From contig JBAXKC010000005.1 in NCBI GenBank assembly GCA_037137535.1, positions 1 to 64,000 on the forward strand: 64,000 bases of DNA, in the 5' to 3' direction. The notes under the pieces are model-generated. The model did no database searches and was not told the DNA's origin. It was given only the letters and a program-made list of their open reading frames with translations. Positions 60,793 through 64,000 of the stretch are shown one piece after another (the first letter of the stretch is position 1; each line of letters begins with the position of its first letter). The translations under genes were made by a program, and so were the position numbers. This DNA comes from a bacterium. GTDB lineage: Bacteria > Cyanobacteriota > Vampirovibrionia > Gastranaerophilales > JBAXKC01.

Positions 60793-61512
60793 ATGAATAG
60801 ATATAACCGAAATATTTTAATGATTGAAGAGAGCGGACAACAAAAACTTTTAAATTCAAAAATATTAATTGCAGGTGCAGGTGGATTGGGTTCAACTGTC
60901 ATTGTAAATCTTGCCTCTTTGGGTATAGGAAAATTAGGCATAATTGATAATGACAAATTAGATATTACTAATCTTAACAGGCAATATATTCATAAATTTG
61001 AAAATATCGGCAAAGATAAAGTTGACTCTGCTGAAGAGTGGATTAAGTCTTTTAACCCTGATATTGAAGTAGAAAAATTCAAATTAAGACTAAATGAAGA
61101 TAATGCGGAAAGTATTATTTCAAAATTCGATCTTGTAATTGATTGTTTTGATTCTTATGCGTCAAAATTCATATTAAATGACATTTGTAATAAACTGAAG
61201 AAACCGCTTATTCATGGCGGTGTAATGGAATATAGCGGTCAAGTTCTAACAATTTTTCCTGAAAAATCAGCATGTTTAAGGTGTATTTTTCCCGATGCAA
61301 ATCTTGATGCTTATGTGGTTAAAGGAATTATAAGTCCGACAGTAAGCGTTATTGCTTCATTGCAGGCAATGGAAGCAGCTAAGGTTATTTTAGGGGAAGA
61401 TAACCTTTTAATCGATAAACTTCTTACTTATAACGGCAAACTTCAAGAATTTAAGAAAATTAACCTGACCAAAAATCAGGCATGTCCTTTGTGTTCCACT
61501 TTAAAAGTATAA
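60793..61512 (+). CDS. ThiF/MoeB/HesA-family E1-like adenylyltransferase
   Basis: RYNRN, GAGGLG, TNLNRQ, DCFD, CLRC, CPLC. Confidence 0.92.
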   Translation: MNRYNRNILMIEESGQQKLLNSKILIAGAGGLGSTVIVNLASLGIGKLGIIDNDKLDITNLNRQYIHKFENIGKDKVDSAEEWIKSFNPDIEVEKFKLRLNEDNAESIISKFDLVIDCFDSYASKFILNDICNKLKKPLIHGGVMEYSGQVLTIFPEKSACLRCIFPDANLDAYVVKGIISPTVSVIASLQAMEAAKVILGEDNLLIDKLLTYNGKLQEFKKINLTKNQACPLCSTLKV

Positions 61513-61598
61513 ATGGTTGCTCTTGAATTAATCTATTAGATATAACAAAAGACAAGTCTTAATTTTCAAAGACATGTCTTTTCTTTATTAGACAGTAG

Positions 61599-64000
61599 TT
61601 ATTCCACAGAGAAAATATCCTCTAAATCCTGATAAGTCAATGCTTTTCCTATTGATCTGTCTACAGAAATAATGGTATCTGCAATATCACGTTTTTTCTC
61701 TTTTAATTTCATTATTTTTTCTTCAACAGAGTTTTTTGTAATAAACCTGTAAACGAAAACATTTTTGGTTTGTCCAATTCTGTAAGCTCTATCAGTTGCC
61801 TGATCTTCAACAGCAGGATTCCACCATGGGTCATAATGAATTACATAGTCGGCACCTGTTAAATTCAGACCTGTTCCGCCCGCTTTAAGACTTATTAAAA
61901 ATATGGGGATGCTATCGTCATTATTGAAGTTATTTACTCTTTCGGCTCGGTCTTTTGTTGAACCGGTAAGATACTCATGTTTTATGCCTTTTTCTTCAAG
62001 CCATTCTTTAACAATATCAAGCATTTGAACAAATTGACTGAATAATAAAATTCTATGTCCCTCGCTTATGATTTCTTCGAGCATTTCTTTTAAATGTTCA
62101 AATTTACCTGATGTTTCAATGCCTCTTTCACCTTGTTTATCAAAGAGTTTTGGATGGCAACAGATTTGTCTTAATCTTAATAGAGCGGCAAAAATAGACA
62201 TTTGACTTTTTTCAATTCCGTCCTTTTGCACTTTTGCCATAAGTTCTTTTTTAGTGCTGTCAAGAACATCAAGATAAAAGTCTTTTTGTTCAGGCAACAT
62301 GTGACAATATGCAATGTTTTCAACTTTATCGGGAAGGTCTTTTGCAATATCTCTTTTCATTCTTCTAAGAATAAACGGATAAATTTGTTTTTTAAGTTTG
62401 GATTCGACCAGCCTGTCTTCTCTCTCTTGAATTGGAACTAAATACCTTGATTTAAACTCTTTATCATCATATAAAAAGCCCGGCATTAAGAAGTCAAAAA
62501 CTGACCATAATTCGTTAATGCTGTTTTCTATCGGTGTACCTGAAAGAGCGATTCTATGTTGTGCATTAAGCTGTTTTGCCGATTGTGCGGTAATTGAATC
62601 AGAGTTTTTAATATTTTGTGATTCATCAAGAATAATAAATCTGAAATTATATTTTTTTAACTCTTCAATATCTCTTCTTAACAACGCATAACTGGTAATT
62701 ATTATGTCATGCTTGTCAATTTTACCGAAAGAATCTTTTCTTGATGAGCCTGTTAAGTTTAAATATTTTAATTTTGGCGTAAATTTCTCAATCTCCGCTT
62801 CCCAGTTAAAAACAACTGAAGTCGGACAAACTACTAATGTCGGCATAAGTTTATCTTCTTCTTTCGCCTTTAGAATGAGAGCGAGAGTCTGAAGTGTTTT
62901 ACCAAGACCCATATCATCAGCAAGTATTCCGTTTAGTCCGTAATCATATAAGAACCATAACCAGTTAAGACCTTTTATCTGATATTCTCTGAGATCGGCT
63001 TTTAGACCTTTTGGTTTGCTTATGTCTTCAAGTGTATTAAAAGATTTGATTTGTGTCCAAAATCTTTCAAATTTTTCGCTCATTTCAATTTTTACATTTT
63101 GCTCGATTAATTCATTAACAAGACCTGCTCTATATGTTTTTATTTTATAAACGTCTTCTCCGTTTATTTTTTGAGCATCAAAACTCGTCAAACTCTTTGT
63201 AAAGTTAAGAATGAGAGCTAATGGTATTTCGACATAGCCTTTATTGTAAGCATTTATATATTTTTTTCCATGTAAAAAAGCTTGAATTACATCATCTGTA
63301 GCTATTTCAACTTCCCCTGAAATCATTTTTACAGCCATTAAGAAACTATCGGCAGATTTTTCAAAATCTAAATGTGCAGAAACTACAAGCGGTTCAGGTA
63401 ATACAGTAATTAATGAAAAATCTCCTGTTTCTTCAAAAATCCAGTCATCTCCTGCTTTAGGTTTATAAAAATTATAAAAATCTACTGCATCATCGCCTTC
63501 TACTTGAAGGTTATTTGTTTGCATCGGATAAAATTTACAGGTCTGTAAAGAGTTATAAGCTTGCTGTTCATGTTTTAAATCTCTTTTTAGCCAGTATATA
63601 ATTTCTTCTTCAGGTTTTTTAACTGTAACATAAGGCGTTTTATCAGCGAGTTTGCCAAAAGGAACTCTTGTGCCGTCATACTCAAATTCTAATGCCGCTT
63701 TTATTGTGTTATTTTCTAAAAGTTCCATTGTAACTATATTAGTAGGTATTTTTTGTTCTAGGTTCAGTTTGCCTAATGTTTCAGATATTTCTACAGGCAT
63801 GACTTCTTTTATCTTAGGAAGTTCTTCATATATGAATTTTCCGCCGTCAGCATCCCTTATATCAGTAAAAGTGGATTTTGTTAAATAAGGAGGTAATTTC
63901 ATAAGTTTGATATTTGTCGGGAATACAAATTGCTTGTATCTTCCCCATTGAGAATGTTTTGAGTAATATCTTATTTCTTCAAAAGGAAGTATTTCATCAA
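61599..64000 (-). CDS. SNF2/SWI2-family helicase, 5' end beyond the window
   Basis: LREYQ..G, ILADDMGLGKT, DESQNIKN, SGTPIEN, LFSQF, GGTGLNLT, WWNPAVEDQATDRAYRIGQ; frame stays open from the ATG at 63902 to the window edge. Confidence 0.95.
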   Translation of the reverse strand, partial: DEILPFEEIRYYSKHSQWGRYKQFVFPTNIKLMKLPPYLTKSTFTDIRDADGGKFIYEELPKIKEVMPVEISETLGKLNLEQKIPTNIVTMELLENNTIKAALEFEYDGTRVPFGKLADKTPYVTVKKPEEEIIYWLKRDLKHEQQAYNSLQTCKFYPMQTNNLQVEGDDAVDFYNFYKPKAGDDWIFEETGDFSLITVLPEPLVVSAHLDFEKSADSFLMAVKMISGEVEIATDDVIQAFLHGKKYINAYNKGYVEIPLALILNFTKSLTSFDAQKINGEDVYKIKTYRAGLVNELIEQNVKIEMSEKFERFWTQIKSFNTLEDISKPKGLKADLREYQIKGLNWLWFLYDYGLNGILADDMGLGKTLQTLALILKAKEEDKLMPTLVVCPTSVVFNWEAEIEKFTPKLKYLNLTGSSRKDSFGKIDKHDIIITSYALLRRDIEELKKYNFRFIILDESQNIKNSDSITAQSAKQLNAQHRIALSGTPIENSINELWSVFDFLMPGFLYDDKEFKSRYLVPIQEREDRLVESKLKKQIYPFILRRMKRDIAKDLPDKVENIAYCHMLPEQKDFYLDVLDSTKKELMAKVQKDGIEKSQMSIFAALLRLRQICCHPKLFDKQGERGIETSGKFEHLKEMLEEIISEGHRILLFSQFVQMLDIVKEWLEEKGIKHEYLTGSTKDRAERVNNFNNDDSIPIFLISLKAGGTGLNLTGADYVIHYDPWWNPAVEDQATDRAYRIGQTKNVFVYRFITKNSVEEKIMKLKEKKRDIADTIISVDRSIGKALTYQDLEDIFSVE

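Noticed and set aside
5754-63888. Numerous 60-120 aa ORFs nested in or antisense to long genes (e.g. 5754, 9330, 20195, 25616, 30315, 45789, 56004, 63652)
   Set aside because: Shadow ORFs of well-supported CDSs, without motifs
60793-64000. ThiF-like plus SNF2 as a defence system (CBASS/DISARM-like)
   Set aside because: The genes are convergent, both look like ordinary MoeB/ThiF and SNF2 proteins, and no E2, JAB, cyclase or methylase partners are visible

Overview
AT-rich bacterial chromosomal window, densely coding in the standard genetic code. Gene content points by inference to a non-photosynthetic, flagellated relative of Cyanobacteria (Melainabacteria/Vampirovibrionia, Gastranaerophilales-like): lysA-cdaA linkage, a cheA-cheW-HDOD-cheC-cheD-cheY-fliO run and an [FeFe]-hydrogenase-type chemoreceptor. 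Housekeeping and metabolic content: tRNA-Asp, a dicarboxylate/amino-acid symporter, an NrtR-like regulator, trehalase, flagellin glycosylation genes (neuB-like, HAD phosphatase, maf), nadD-yqeK, murJ, a SpoIID-family gene, two radical SAM genes (one mqnC-like), lysA-cdaA, dnaB, ruvX/yqgF, rsmG, dapB-asd-dapA, a ThiF/MoeB gene and a SNF2 helicase cut by the right edge. The best candidate for an undescribed system is a set of proteins without classical signal peptides. It includes two GH13 alpha-glucan enzymes, a divergent subtilase and a tandem pair of paralogous Gly/Ala-rich membrane-type proteins of unknown family. Several share a polar N-terminus with an F-x-G-like motif. The two GH13 loci also share a sigma-28-like promoter followed by a long leader carrying four CATGT repeats. 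This suggests, as inference only, a flagellar-regulon-linked export module. No CRISPR array, rRNA, prophage or intact IS element was seen.
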